Below are positions 39,438 through 53,299 of a stretch of 64,000 bases of DNA, piece by piece (position 1 is the first letter of the stretch; each line of letters opens with the position of its first letter). The stretch spans positions 6,215,779 through 6,279,778 of the forward strand of contig MU058198.1 of the NCBI GenBank assembly GCA_013265495.1, read 5' to 3'. The translations under genes were made by a program, and so were the position numbers. The notes below the pieces were generated by a model. That model made no database searches. It saw nothing but the letters and a program-made list of their open reading frames with translations, and was not told the origin of the DNA. The stretch comes from Vicugna vicugna. Taxonomy: Eukaryota.

Positions 39438-42400
39438 TTATTTCACTTAGCATAATGCTCTCAAGGTCTATCCCTATTGTCACAAATGACAGAATTTCCT
39501 TCTTTTTTATGGCTGAATAATATTCCATTGTGTGTATAGACCACATTTTCTTCACCCATTCACCCATCGATGGACACTTGGGTTGTTTCCGTGTCTTGGT
39601 TACTGTAGATAATGCTGCAGTGAACATGGAAGTGCAGGTATCTCTTCAAGACAGTGATTTTGTTTCCTTCAGATCTATACCCAGAAGTGAAATTACTGCA
39701 TCATACGGTGGTTCTATTTTAAACTTTTTTAGAAACTGCTCTACTTAAAGTCGTATTGGAAGATGATCATGCCCATCATTTACCAATCGTCTAGGGTTGC
39801 TTTCAACAGCAGAGTTGAGTAACTGTGACAGAGACCCAGTGGCTTGCAAAGCTCAGCATGCTTACTCTCTAGTTCTTTTATAGAAAAAGTTTGTTGGCTC
39901 CTGTCCTAGAACAATGCCTTATATGTAGAAGCACTGTAAATGTTGGTGGAATGAATGAATGAACCAGGAAGAACGATTGCTATTCTCAGATTTAATGTTA
40001 TAATTCACTAAGAACACACGAACACATGAACACAACTGTATGCCAGACTTTATTGAACAGTATAGGGTTCCCAAGATTCTAGGAATCAGAGAGGGGGTTA
40101 ACCACAGGATTAACTTGTATAATGAGTCTGGCACACAGTAGGGGCTCAGTAAATGTTAGTATCTTTGCTACTGTTTTCTCATTGCATCTTCTTCTCTCCC
40201 CCTCCATCCTTCTCTGCCTCTGTCTCCTTCTCCCTTTGTGTGTCCTCGCCTCCATTCTAGTGGGTCTGGTCATCTCCCTCTACCTCCCCTCAGTCTCCTA
40301 CTCCGTCTCTTTCTTTATCAGGGACCTTTCACTCTCCTCTCTTCCCTGCCCTCTCCCTCCCAGCCCTGGACAGACTGAGATATGATAAGGTCCTGTCTCA
40401 ACCCTCACACGCCCAGAATGCACCCCTCTGTTCTTCCCTGACCTCCAGGGATGACTCCCCATTTCCCCACACAGTCACAACTGGGGCACCTCAACACCCC
40501 CCCAACCCCTGCCCTCCAGTTTGCAGATCATCAGTCCTCCCAGTCCTGCTTCTCTCAAATCCATCCACATCCCTCTCTGTTCCCACTGCCACCATCTCCC
40601 TCTGGCCAGACACCCACATAGCCTCCTGGTCAGAGTCCTGGATCTGTGCCGACCCCTCTTTCTACCCAAAGAACCATCTTTCTCGAATTTGCTGGTAACC
40701 TTACTGCTTCTTTGCTTAAAACCTCAAAGGTCCCCAACTGCACTCCCACCCCGAGCGAAGTCCACATATCCTAGCCTGGCATCCACGTCTGGTCACAATC
40801 AGACTGAACTTTCCTCTCTTACTTCGCCACCTCGGCCCAGCGCATCTGTGTCAAGCCACTCCAAGGAGTCACCTTCCCTGAAACTTTCCTGCTTAAAACC
40901 CCAAATACCTGGCTTTCTCCGTTATCCTGCGGAGAAAACTCAAGCCTGCACCATCCGCCTCTGCATCTCATTGCCACTCTCCCGTGCTCCCCAGTCTCTG
41001 TCCACAGCCTCCCCCTCACAGATCCTCCTCTGCTTTTGCTGGCCCCTTACCTGGAGCACTCTCTCTTTCTCTCTGTCTCACTCCTCCACCCCCACTGCCT
41101 CCTCACCCAGCTAAGTCCACTCATCCTTTGGGCCTCTGGGAAGGATCCTGAGCCCCTAGCAGGCGTGATCCCCAGCCTTGGGACTTTCCCTTCATAACAC
41201 AGTCCCAACCACTCACTCATTCACTGCCTCCCCCACTAGACCCAAGCCCCCGAGGGCAGAGAGCTTGCCTGATTGTTTTCCTGGTCCCCAGTACAGAGGA
41301 AAGGCTTAAGGACTATTTGTGGAAGGAGGGAGAAATGAATGAAGAATGGATGCTGTGTGTCCCTCGAGCCTCTGCCTCTGTCAGCCTGCTTCCCTCCCGG
41401 CCCCAACTGGGCTTTCACACCTCTCCACCCATCCTTTAAGGCTGAATTCAATGCAATGTCTTTCTCTAAGTTTCTGTCAGCCCCAGGGTGGAATTAACAC
41501 TTATACCCAGGGGAGAGTCTGGCCGGCAGAGCCCTGTCCCCCAGCTCCAAACACTCTCAGTGCTGCCTGGCCCCCCTCCCTGCTGCCCGCCTGGCGACAG
41601 CCCCGAGGAAGACAAAGCCCAGATGAAAGTCAGCAACGCGGAGTCAAAAAAAATATATTTTTTAAAAAAGTCCCGTGATTCCAACAAGCCAAGAGGCGCA
41701 GAGCGGAAATAGACCAAGCACTGGTCTAGGGGAAAAAGAGCAATTCAAAGAAGGAGGGACAGCTGGAAAAAGCTGGTGTCGGGGTGGGTGATTTCCGCCT
41801 TAGGAAAGAGAAGGGAAGGATGTGGACTCTCTTACAAAGAAACTCAGGATGTATTCACAGAATAAACACGCAAGAGCAAAGCCCCCCATCCGGTGAGCAG
41901 ATAGCTTATCATCCAAACAAGGATGCTTCTGGGGGCGAAAGAGGCTCCGTTAGTAATGACGCTGGGACTGTCCTGGGCAAGCCAGGACACACGGTCACCC
42001 ACCCGTAAGTGTAGCACCCTGCACCAGATCCCACCAATGTCGCCGTTACCACCCAAACTTTTTAACAAGCAAGAGTGCGTGTGCATCCTCTCCACGGGCT
42101 CTTCGTGTGGTTTGGGTGATTTCAGGTCATTGCTCAAGCCCCTCATGTGCTGCTCTTTCAGATACTGACCCAGGGACTCAGAGAATGTAAGTATCTTGCC
42201 AGAACACAGTTTCAGTGTGGCCCAACTGAGGTGTGACCCAGTCTGTCTGATTCCAGAGTCCACGCCTGTCCTCTTGGGGCAAGTTGCAAACCCAAAAGCT
42301 CAAACACCAACAGCTCCACTGGGAGAGGTCCAGCCCCAGCATGTCATGTTGCCTCTGCGTAGCACTCATACATTCAAGAAGAGTTTTCTGAGGGCCAGGC

Positions 42401-42458
42401 CCTGGGAATACAGAAGCGGAGAAAATAGCCAGAGCTCTCAGGGAGCCAACTGTCCAGG

Positions 42459-42765
42459 CAGTGGTTCTCAACCAACCATGATTTTGCCTCCAAGGGACAT
42501 TTGGAAACACCAAGGCTTGGGAGGGGGTGCTACTGGCATCTGGTGGGTGGAGGCCAGGGATGCTGCTCAGCATCCTACAGTGCCCGGGTCAGAGCCTCTC
42601 CCCGCAACAATGAAGAAGGATCCTGCATGGGAGGGAGATAGCTCAGTGGTAGAGTGCGTGCTTAGCATGCATGAGGTCCTGGGTTCAATCCAAGTATCTC
42701 CATTAAAAAAAAAAAAAAAAAAAAAAACAATCTAGCAAAAAATGTGCCAAGATTGAGGAAACCTG
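42459..42765 (+). mobile_element. MER20 interrupted by a SINE
   Basis: CAGTGGTTCTCAACC...gctactggcatctggtgggtggaggccagggatgctgctcagcatcctaca...gtgccaagattgaggaaacctg. Confidence 0.88.
42629..42727 (+). mobile_element. tRNA-Ala-derived SINE, short form (tRNA head plus poly-A), inserted into a MER20
   Basis: GGGAGGGAGATAGCTCAGTGGTAGAGTGCGTGCTTAGCATGCATGAGGTCCTGGGTTCAATCCAAGTATCTCCA followed by an uninterrupted A run. Confidence 0.9.
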
Positions 42766-43739
42766 GTCTAGAGGAGAGGCGTATGGCAAACAAGTAAACA
42801 AATTAGTCTAGAAGTTCTTTTATGCATGTAATAAATATTTATTGAGTGCCCACCGTGTTTTAGACACTGCTCGGAAGACAGTACGTGCCATTAAGAAAAA
42901 CAAGCAGGAGGGGATGGAAAGGACTGGCAGAAAGGAAAGACCTCCTAAGGAGATGACCTGAGTGGACAGCTGGCTCAAGAAAAGCAAGCCAGGAGCATGC
43001 GTGGAAGGCAGACCCGCAGAAGGAGCCATGGGCTGGGGCCGGTGCCAGCGTGGAGAGGGTGAGGACCAGCAAGGAGGGCCCGAGTTGCAGGAGATGAAGT
43101 TCGAGAGGAAGGCAAGGGCCAGATTTTAAAGTGTTGGGAAGGAGTTTAAAATTTATTCTACAAAAGTCACATTTGACAAATACCAACTAGAAATGACAAA
43201 AACAGACTTCGTTAAGAAATTCTTAAAATGGTCAAATGAGGCTAAGTGAGAAAAAAAGCCTTCTATATTTAAATCTCTAAAGGAGCTGGAACTTCTTCAC
43301 ACGGAGAGCTGCACACTTGATGAGTATCAACGTGAGGTCAATCGCCAAGTATGCAAAATGATCATTAGGCAAACGGGCGTGGCGGAATAAGATTTTTAGA
43401 TGGGAATTCATGGGTTTTCTTTCCCCTGTATTTTCTCCTTTTTCCTTTCACTTCACTTAGTGGGTAAGAGGCTCTGGACTTCTTCACCCTCAGAGGTTTT
43501 TCAGGAAAGAAGTAAAACCCAATCGGAAAACTCCTTCCTTCCAGGCTTTCATCTTCAGAAGCCTTAATTTACCGAGGAGATTAGGACAGGAGCCCCCGAG
43601 TTGGGGAGTGAGACATCTGCTCCTTAGGACAAAAAAAAAAAACAATTGGATTGTTCTTGCCTGAGGCAGAAGAGGATGCTGAGGGTCTGCAGCGATGTTT
43701 TGTTGGCTGGCCCAATGGTTTAAAACATTTTGAATCCAA

Positions 43740-44425
43740 AAGTTAAACTGGGGGTTACCAGGGGACCCAACTATTCCTCTCCTAGGAAAACCTATGGCCA
43801 CACAAACACTTGTTCATAGCAGGATTATTCATACTAACCAAAGCGTGGAAACATCACACATGTCCATTGACTGATAAATGGAAAAACAAGATGTGGTTTA
43901 TCTGTACTGTGGAATATTATTCGGCAATAAAAATGAATGGAGTTCTGATACATCCTACAACACGGATGAACCCTGAAAACACCACGCTAAGTGAAAGAAG
44001 CAAGTCATAAAAGACCATGTATTGTCTGATCCCGTTTATACAAAATGTCTAGGGGGAGGGTATAGCTTAAATGGTAGAGTGCATGCTTAGCATGCATGAG
44101 GTCCTGGGTTCAATCCCCAGTACCTCCTCCAAAAATAAATAAATAAATAAACCTAATTATCTCCCCCTAAAAAATAAATTTAAAAAAATTTTAAATCTCT
44201 AGAATAGGCAAATCTATGGAGATAGAAAGGAGATCAGTGGTTGCCTGGGGCTGGGGTGGGGGTTGATGGAAAATAGAGACTGCTAGTGGGTACGGGGTTT
44301 CTTTTTGGGGAGATGAAAAGATTTTAAAATTAGATTATGTAATGGTTACTAAAAAACACTAAACTCTACATTTTACATGGGTGACCTTTATGATATGTAA
44401 ATTATATCTCAATAAAGCTGTTTGA
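43740..44425 (+). mobile_element. L1M 3' end interrupted by a SINE
   Basis: Peptide MFIAGLFILTKAWK...MWFICTVEYYSAIK (43810-44010). Ends in attatatctcaataaagctgttt. Confidence 0.85.
44052..44192 (+). mobile_element. tRNA-Ala-derived SINE (Vic-1-like), inserted into an L1M 3' end
   Basis: tRNA-Ala(AGC)-like head, (AAAT)n, ACCTAATTA motif and A-rich tail. TSD aaatgtctag / aaatctctag. Confidence 0.9.
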
Positions 44426-46175
44426 AAGACATTTTGAATTAAAAATCAGGAGGTTTTTTTCCATTAAAAAAACGGTATTTTGGCTTTCTTTGAATGTCAT
44501 GCATCTTCCTCCACGGCAACTATGGGGTGTTGAAGGGGCATACACTCCCAAGCTTGCCACCATCCCCACATTCACTGTTGTTACCTCTGGACGGCTGCAC
44601 TCATTTATGTCCCCTCCACGGTCCTGGAGGGCATTGCACTTGAGTCCTCTGGTTGCGAGTGAGGAGACCACAGGCACTGGGGGTCACCAGCCTCCTTCTC
44701 CCATCTCCCATCTGGTCCTAGCAGCAAAGAGCCCTAGGGGCCAGAAGGGACCCTGTGGACAGGGAACTACAGGATCAACAGCAACCAAAGCACTGAACTG
44801 CCACGTACTAACTCTGCGCCTTCACCGCACCGAGAGTAAGCGCCAAGGAAAAGCCAAGGAATTAAGTGAAAGGTGGATAAGGAAGAGTTCAAGACCACAG
44901 GCAACCTCGCTTGGGGACAGCGCTGGGACTGAACACAAAGCTTGGATCTAAGCTTGCTGGCAGCCCATGGAAGGCAAAGCTGATGGGTTCACCATCTCAC
45001 AGTCACTCACAGAAGGCAGCCTCAGACCTGGGCGTGAGGCCAATGGCTCTGCAAACACATCTTCCTTCAACTCGCAGGCTTCATGGCTCCCAAGGCTGGA
45101 GGTGGGCCCAGGGGAGCAGGGAGCACTTGGTATTTGAGGATTTGGGGAGCCCCTCTGCAGTGCAGTGGGATTTGCATGCTTTGTTCCTTCGGCACCACCA
45201 GGTCTCCTGGTCCCCAAACCTCAGTCCAAAATGCACCCCTAGTGCCCACCTTGCAGGCCTGCTCTTCAACTCAGACCTCACTCTGAAAACAGTTCCTGAA
45301 ATTTTCTTAAGTATTTGTAATGATTAAGCCTTTAATGCTTCTCCATCAATATTCTCCGGAGTCATTCTCCATTCACAAGGTTAGAACTCCTTCAAAGAAA
45401 GACATACAAGATTTTACCTTTAATTCCTGGCTAAGAGGCCACTAGCCCTGCAGTTTTTGGTCACAAAAGCAGCACAACATTCTCATTCCCATCAGACCCC
45501 ATTCAACTGCTTCTAAGCTTAGGCTATTCTGCATTTTTAAAAAGAAATAAAAACAAAAATTTTCAAATCACATATTACACATATATGTAACAAAATAACA
45601 TATAAAACATGGTTAAAGGTTACAAAATGAATTACAAGATTAATAGAGATGCACTGTGCAGTTAAATATATATTTTATTATGAAACCAAATATGCCAAGA
45701 TTCCATGAAAGATAAGGTTCTAAGTTTCCCAGATCCAAAGGGCTACCTCATCCTTGGTCATTTTTTGTTTTATCACAAAATTTCCTTTTCTCACTACTTA
45801 ACAAAATAGACTTGCTCACTATTGCTCTGATTATTTCCTGGAAATGGACATGTTTCTCTTCAAGCCAGTGCAATTTTTACTAAAAGCCCGCAGTTAGCCC
45901 GACCATGCAAGAATTCTCCAAATGACTTTTCTTTTCTTCCTGAGTACATCAGCCTCATTTTTCGGAGGAACTGGGGAAGAACAGATATCCTCCAGCCTGG
46001 CCTCACATCCCCCGGGGTTGTAAGACTGGGGCCCAGGGAGCCCAGCTTCCCCAGTACCTCTCTGCTGAAGTCACAGGACCGGGTGGGTGGGGGGACCCTG
46101 ACAGCTGGTGCTGCCCCCTGGGCTGGAATTAGCCTTGTTCAGTCCTGAGAGACAGAGAACAGCAGTGGCCCAGTG

Positions 46176-46370
46176 CAGGGCCACGTTATGACTTTCATGG
46201 GCCCATTCCTCCATAAAAGAAATATCAAAAATTACATTTTATGATGGCAATAGCATAAAAAAATCTAATCCAATCTAGACTTGTTCTTATGTCTTCATTA
46301 TCATTCTACTTTTTTTCCTCTGATTTTCAAAGCAGTCAAAATTAAAGCACTTTGTAGGTCCCTTAGAAGC
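46176..46370 (-). mobile_element. hAT-Tip100 element (MER96B-like)
   Basis: End CAGGGCCACGTTATGACTTTCATGGGCCC followed by an AT-rich interior. Family name from memory. Confidence 0.55.
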
Positions 46371-47936
46371 TCTATGAGCTCCAGGCTCTGGACCAGCGGA
46401 CCAACCATCACAGCCCCCGCCTCCAGCCCTTGGACACCAACCTGCTCTATAAAACCACCTTCCTGCCGGGACTGGGAACACAGCTCTGTTGGCCTGGCCC
46501 TGCCACCCCTTCTCTCTTCACTGGAGAGTCCAGATCCCTTTGCCCTAGCCTCACTGTGACAGGGCTGGCCCCTGGGGTCACGATCTGCTCCTAGGTTATT
46601 CAGGGACAGCGAGGAGTAACAGTAATAGTAACAATGACAACCTGAAGTTCTGGGGGCCAAGCCCTGCTCAAAGCACTTTATGTGGCAGGCTCTGGGTTCA
46701 ACAACTTACAAGATATGTGAATGCAGACAACTCGGTTTTCCCATCTGTGGAATGGACACACAGTGTTAGTCCCTTCCCACCAGGACATTGAGGAATAAAG
46801 CTATTAACCCAGGCTCAGCCCAGAGCTGGTGCAACATGGCATCTCCGTCAGTGTGGGCTATTATGATTCATACTAATTAACTGGTTATAATTAATTATGA
46901 TAATTGGTTCCATCAGGGGCTGCCCCACCTCTGCTTTCTCCTCTATGCTAGAAGTGCTGACTTTGGGCCGAGGACCTCTCGGGTGTGAGCTGGTCTGGCA
47001 GCATCAGGGCCCAACCCTCTCCCCACGTGGACTCAGTCAATGGGCTCTCCCTGACCCTGCCGTTTTTTTTCCCTCCTGCAGAGCAAGCCAGAAGCCCACA
47101 CACCTCCTCCAAACCTCTCACCCCCAGCCCTGTTCTCAAGGGGCTCCAGAAAGACCAGCTTCCTGGCTCCTCTAGGCCAGGCATCTCTCCCTTGGTCTCA
47201 TGTTTCTCCCAGGTTTATCTTCTCCCAGGCATGAATACAGATTGCTTTCTCTCCATCATTTGCTACTTTGGTTTTATTACATCATCTGGCTGCTACATCC
47301 TTCTCAGTTACTGTTTCCTGGGGACTTCAAAGTCTTCTCCTTCCCCACCCGCCCAGTTTCTCCTGAGGTGAGATCCTGAGAAAAGAGTAGAGGGCTCTGA
47401 AGCCAGCAGGAGCCAGTTTTCATCCCAACCCCAAAACCAGCTGTGTGACCTTGGGCAAATCAGTTAACCTCCCTGAGCCCTGCATTGTTTATCTGCCTGA
47501 AATTACAGAGATGATCTTATTTTCTTTAGCAGTGGGATTCCCTGCTAGAAGGAAACTGGGGGGTTTTGAGAGGCGAAAACTTTAATGAGCCCTTTGAGGT
47601 GGGGGAAGAGCCTCCTACCCACTTCCCCATGGCAGGCCTGCTTGAAGAACCGGAGATGGCTGCCTTGGGCTGACCACCAGCTTTTGTCTTATGACTGGAG
47701 TAGGCAAGTTGAGGGGGAGGGCTGGATGGCTGGGGATAACGGAGGGGACTCTTCCATGCTTAACAGAGAGAAAGAAGGGATGAAACCACGGACAGGGACA
47801 GGAGCCTGGATGCCCCGCAGCACATCACACCCAACCTTACTAACCCATCATCTTCCCCACCTGCTTTTTCCCACCTTCCCCATATTGGTGGTAACCCTGC
47901 TCATCCGTCCCGGCCAAAGCAAACACCAGCCCAGAT

Positions 47937-48385
47937 CAGGGGGTCTGGCCATCTGGACCTATGGGCCCCTCCCCCGAATATGTTTTCAATTGCATAAAAT
48001 AAAATAATAGGACTACAGAGGAAACCAGTTATACTGAAATACAGTTAGCAAAATATTCAAACAAATGTGTTATATAATAATATATGTGCTTCTTTGATAA
48101 CATATTAGGTAACAAAATTCACCAGAGGCTCTAAGAAGCATGCACTCATTTTGAAGGAGTGCATTTTAAGATATCTACACAAAAATTGTTGTGTGAGATG
48201 AAAAATGTGGATTCCTGTTGGTGCCATGTCACAGGTGTCGCCAGCACTGTGATTTGTTGCCTCCATTCATATTTGAAGGACATGATAAATATCAGTTATA
48301 AGTCAGAGAAATAAAGATATAACTTCTTCCCCATCCAGGTTCCTGGACTGCCTGAATTCTGTGGATACCACACAAGGAACCCCTG
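47937..48385 (+). mobile_element. Charlie4a-like (hAT-Charlie)
   Basis: tgcataaaataaaataataggactacagaggaaacc...atatgtgcttcttt...aaggaacccctg. Homologous to 61981-62454. Confidence 0.78.
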
Positions 48386-50342
48386 ACCTAAAGTCTCAGT
48401 TGTTTGATAGTCACCCATTCCCACCCACCTCTCCCAGTCAGTCCACAGGCCCTGCTGACCTCTCCTCCTTGCTGGAGGGCACATGTACCTGCATCGCCCC
48501 ATCCCACTGCCACTGCACGAGGTTGGCACCTGACCCCTTCTCACCTCCGGGCCAGCCTTCTCACCTCATCCTTGCTCCACTCCATCCGAGCTGCACCCTG
48601 AACCTTCATCCCCCAGTGCAAACCTGACCATATCCTCCTTTGCTCTGAATTCTTCAGTGGCTCCCTATTGCCCACATGATAAAATCTAAAGACCACTGCA
48701 GAGCACCAAGACCCTCACCTGACTCTCCAGCCTCATCTCTCAACACTCCTACTCTCCCGACTTTCTATGCTCATTCCCACCATTCTGAACTACGTGAAGT
48801 TTTCAGAATATGCTGCCTGAGTAGGCTTTTGCCAATGCTGTTCCCACCACCCAGAATGCCTTCCCCAAGTTGTCCAGTAAGTAAACTCTCAGTCTGTTTT
48901 CCAAGTCTCAGCTCAAATTCAAATGGCGTCTTCCCCACGTTCCACCTCCACCCATCCGCACCCCCTGAGCAAACACAGGTGCCCTTCTGCAGGACCCACA
49001 GAACCCACTTCGTGGAGGTTAACCCACCAGGTTACAATCATTTGATGATTCTGTGTCTCCACAAGATCACAAACGTCAGGAGGGCAAGGACTGAGTCCTT
49101 TCTCCTTGACTCCCTCAAGCCTAGTCCAGTGCCTTCAATGCCCAGCAGGTCTTGAGTGAGTGTTGGTTGAGTAAATGAATAAAAGATAAAAAAAAAAGAA
49201 CCATGAATGAAAACTGATTTCAAGTAATACACACACTGAATCAAAAAAAAAGAAGAAGAAGATGACGAAAAAGAAGAAGAAACAGTCTCTCTATCTGAAA
49301 TAGCTGAAAACGGGATAAGTGGGGGCCAAAATTGACGCAGCGCTGCGAGCATCACTCTATGCTTCTTTTCTTCCCTTTACTATTCTGGTTAGACTTCCCA
49401 CATCCTGGGATGACAACGTGCATGTTTTGATCTACCAGGCGTGCTATAATTTCTCGAATTCCGCTCTGAGTTCTCTGAGAGATCCTTCTGTTACATATAC
49501 ATACCTCAATTAGGGGGCGATTATTTCCCTTACCAAAGGGCTCATCGTTTCGGTTTCATTAAATAGAGTTCTTCCAGTGCGTGAAGAATAGGATTAGATT
49601 TATAGAAATTCAATTTACATTTGGCTTTTTAGGAACAGATGTCTAACAGAGCCAAGCCGACACCGTCAGGCCTCCTGCAGGTATGGTTTATGGGGCTCCT
49701 TTTACTCCCTTCTGGCAAACTCCCGGCTTAACCCCTTCTGCCCTGGATCTGCCGAAACTGCTCTGGGCACCAGGCCACCTAATCCAACGACCTTTTCTTG
49801 GGAGCCCCCTGCCTCCACCTCCCTGAGTCACGTGCTGCTGCCGGCCATCCTGTTTTTCCTAAAACCCTCAACATCCTTGGCCTTCGCCCAACATCTCTGA
49901 TCATCCCACACTCACCCTCCAGCTTCCAAACGTGTCTGCCCATCCGGCTTCCTGCTGGCCACCTCCACACGGATGTCTCAAGGGCAGGTAAGCTCAGGTA
50001 GATGAGTGATGTGCCTGCCACCCCTAATAGGTCCCTCTTTTATATCGCTGCGAAAGACACCACCGTCCGCCTATTCTCACCACCGCTTCCCTCTCCCTTG
50101 TGTCACAAAACCAATCCATCACCAAGCCACATGGCGTCCATCTCCTGAATACGTCTGCAGCTAACCCACCTCTCTCTCCCACGTGTTAACTCCATGAAGC
50201 CCTCAAACTACTTCCCTTCATTACTATAACCCCAGCACTTATTAGCACACTACCTGGCACACGACACCCAGTAGATACGTGCTGAATGAGAGAATAAGTG
50301 AGCAGACAAATCCCACTTTACAAGTCGTGACACTGAGGCTCA

Positions 50343-52040
<1,698 letters not shown>

Positions 52041-53299
52041 GCTTTTCTTTTCTCTGAAGCTGTCAAACATGTCCTTTCCTACCTCTCTGCCTTTGAACAA
52101 GTTGTTCCTTTCACCTTAACATCCTAAGGACACCCAATATACACTATTCAGTGAAGGAAGCAAACAAACAGCAATTCCAAGTCCCTATCTGTTCTCTAAT
52201 GAAAAATCCGGATTCTCAATCACCCACTATCATTCCTGGCACAACAGAGCTTTTGGAGCTTTGAAGAACTTTCCTTTTTTTTTTTTGCTACAAAAATATC
52301 GCATCTCCTGGGCAATCCCTTGGATTTCTGTAAGAGAATAATGTGCTCTTGGCAGCCTGGATGTTGTTAAAACACCCCCTGGCACCGCACACTCGTAGCC
52401 TATGAGGCCCTCCGCTGGCCCAAGGCCCACCAGGCAGTGGGGAGGAAGGCAGGAGGTGCCGGGTGAGCTGGGCCATGCCAGCGGGCAGCTGCCCTTGGGG
52501 AGGCCTGGTCTCCCTCCCAGCAGCCTTCAGCTCCAGCTGCTGCTGCCCTGCTGGTGGGTGGAGGCCGCCCCTCGCCAAGGTGCGGCGCACTGACTCAGCC
52601 AACTCCCTTGCACAGCCCCCACGCCCCTCCAAGAGGTGCTCTCATCCGGCCCACGGGGGCCCCAGGGCCAAGCCTCCACCCCGCCCACCACCCCTCACAG
52701 CAGGGCCCCGCTCTCCTCTTTCAGATAGGCTGGGAGATGGCATGGGCGCTCGGGGGTTGAGGGGCTCCAAGAGTAAATTAACCATGGAGAAGCAGGCACT
52801 GGGATCTCAGATGCCTGGCTGGGGTTATGCTTTTTATTTCTGCCAGATTTATTTGCCTGTCTACCCACTGGGCTCAGAGCATCTGTCTGAAAGTTTCAGC
52901 CCACTCAAGCCAAGGAAATTAATAACAATAGTCAGAAGTGGAATTGTTGCTGCAGTTATGCAAACAGTAGCAACGGTATCACAGTCAGGACCAACGGTTA
53001 TTAGGCATTCCTCACCTGCTGAATCATACAGGACAATGCTCTCCTCCACCCAATCTCCTTGCACTTCTTTTTAGTCTTTCTGTCTTTGGGGGACTGTCTT
53101 TGGGAGACTGGACTCCATTTTGCCCATCTTCATTCAGAAAGTGCTGAGAAACTTACATTTTCCTCTCTGCACTGTGGTCAACCAGCAGCTGACAGGTGGT
53201 CCCGCCCTACGGCTCTGGCAGAGACAACTCTGGGAGGTGACCCACACTGCAAGGCCCCCGCGGGGTCAAGATGGAAGCGGCCCTCTCTGGGCCCTGGCC

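Larger units (their letters stand above)
38288..39745 (-). mobile_element. 5'-truncated L1 3' end (L1MA9-like), interrupted by a Tigger element and carrying a tandem duplication
   Basis: ORF2 C-terminal peptide MFTAALSTVTKTRKQPKCPSMGEWVKKMWSIHTMEYYSAIKKKEIL (39364-39627), L1MA-type 3' UTR, and poly-T tail at about 38289. Confidence 0.9.
38224..39903 (+). mobile_element. MER58A (hAT-Charlie) split by the L1 into two halves, 38224-38288 and about 39746-39903
   Basis: Left end CAGGGGTCGGCAAACTATGG and right end AGAAAAAGTTTGTTGGCTCCTG. 8-bp TSD ATCTAGAA (38216-38223) / TCCTAGAA (39904-39911). Confidence 0.82.
37310..39965 (+). mobile_element. L2 3' portion hosting the nested insertions (37310-38223 plus 39904-39965)
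   Basis: Typical L2a text up to ...tgttgcatctcccagatctagaa, resuming as ctagaacaatgcc...aaatgttggtggaatgaatgaatgaa (L2 tail). Confidence 0.8.

Noticed and set aside
39364..39627. 87-aa ORF, and similar ORFs at 8158-8343, 9371-9604 and 43810-44010
   Set aside because: These are decayed L1 ORF1/ORF2 remnants, not host genes or active elements.
44905..44926. GGACAGCGC as a REST/RE1 site (also GGCGCTGTC near 14891)
   Set aside because: Only the right half-site is present and the TTCAGCACC half is missing.
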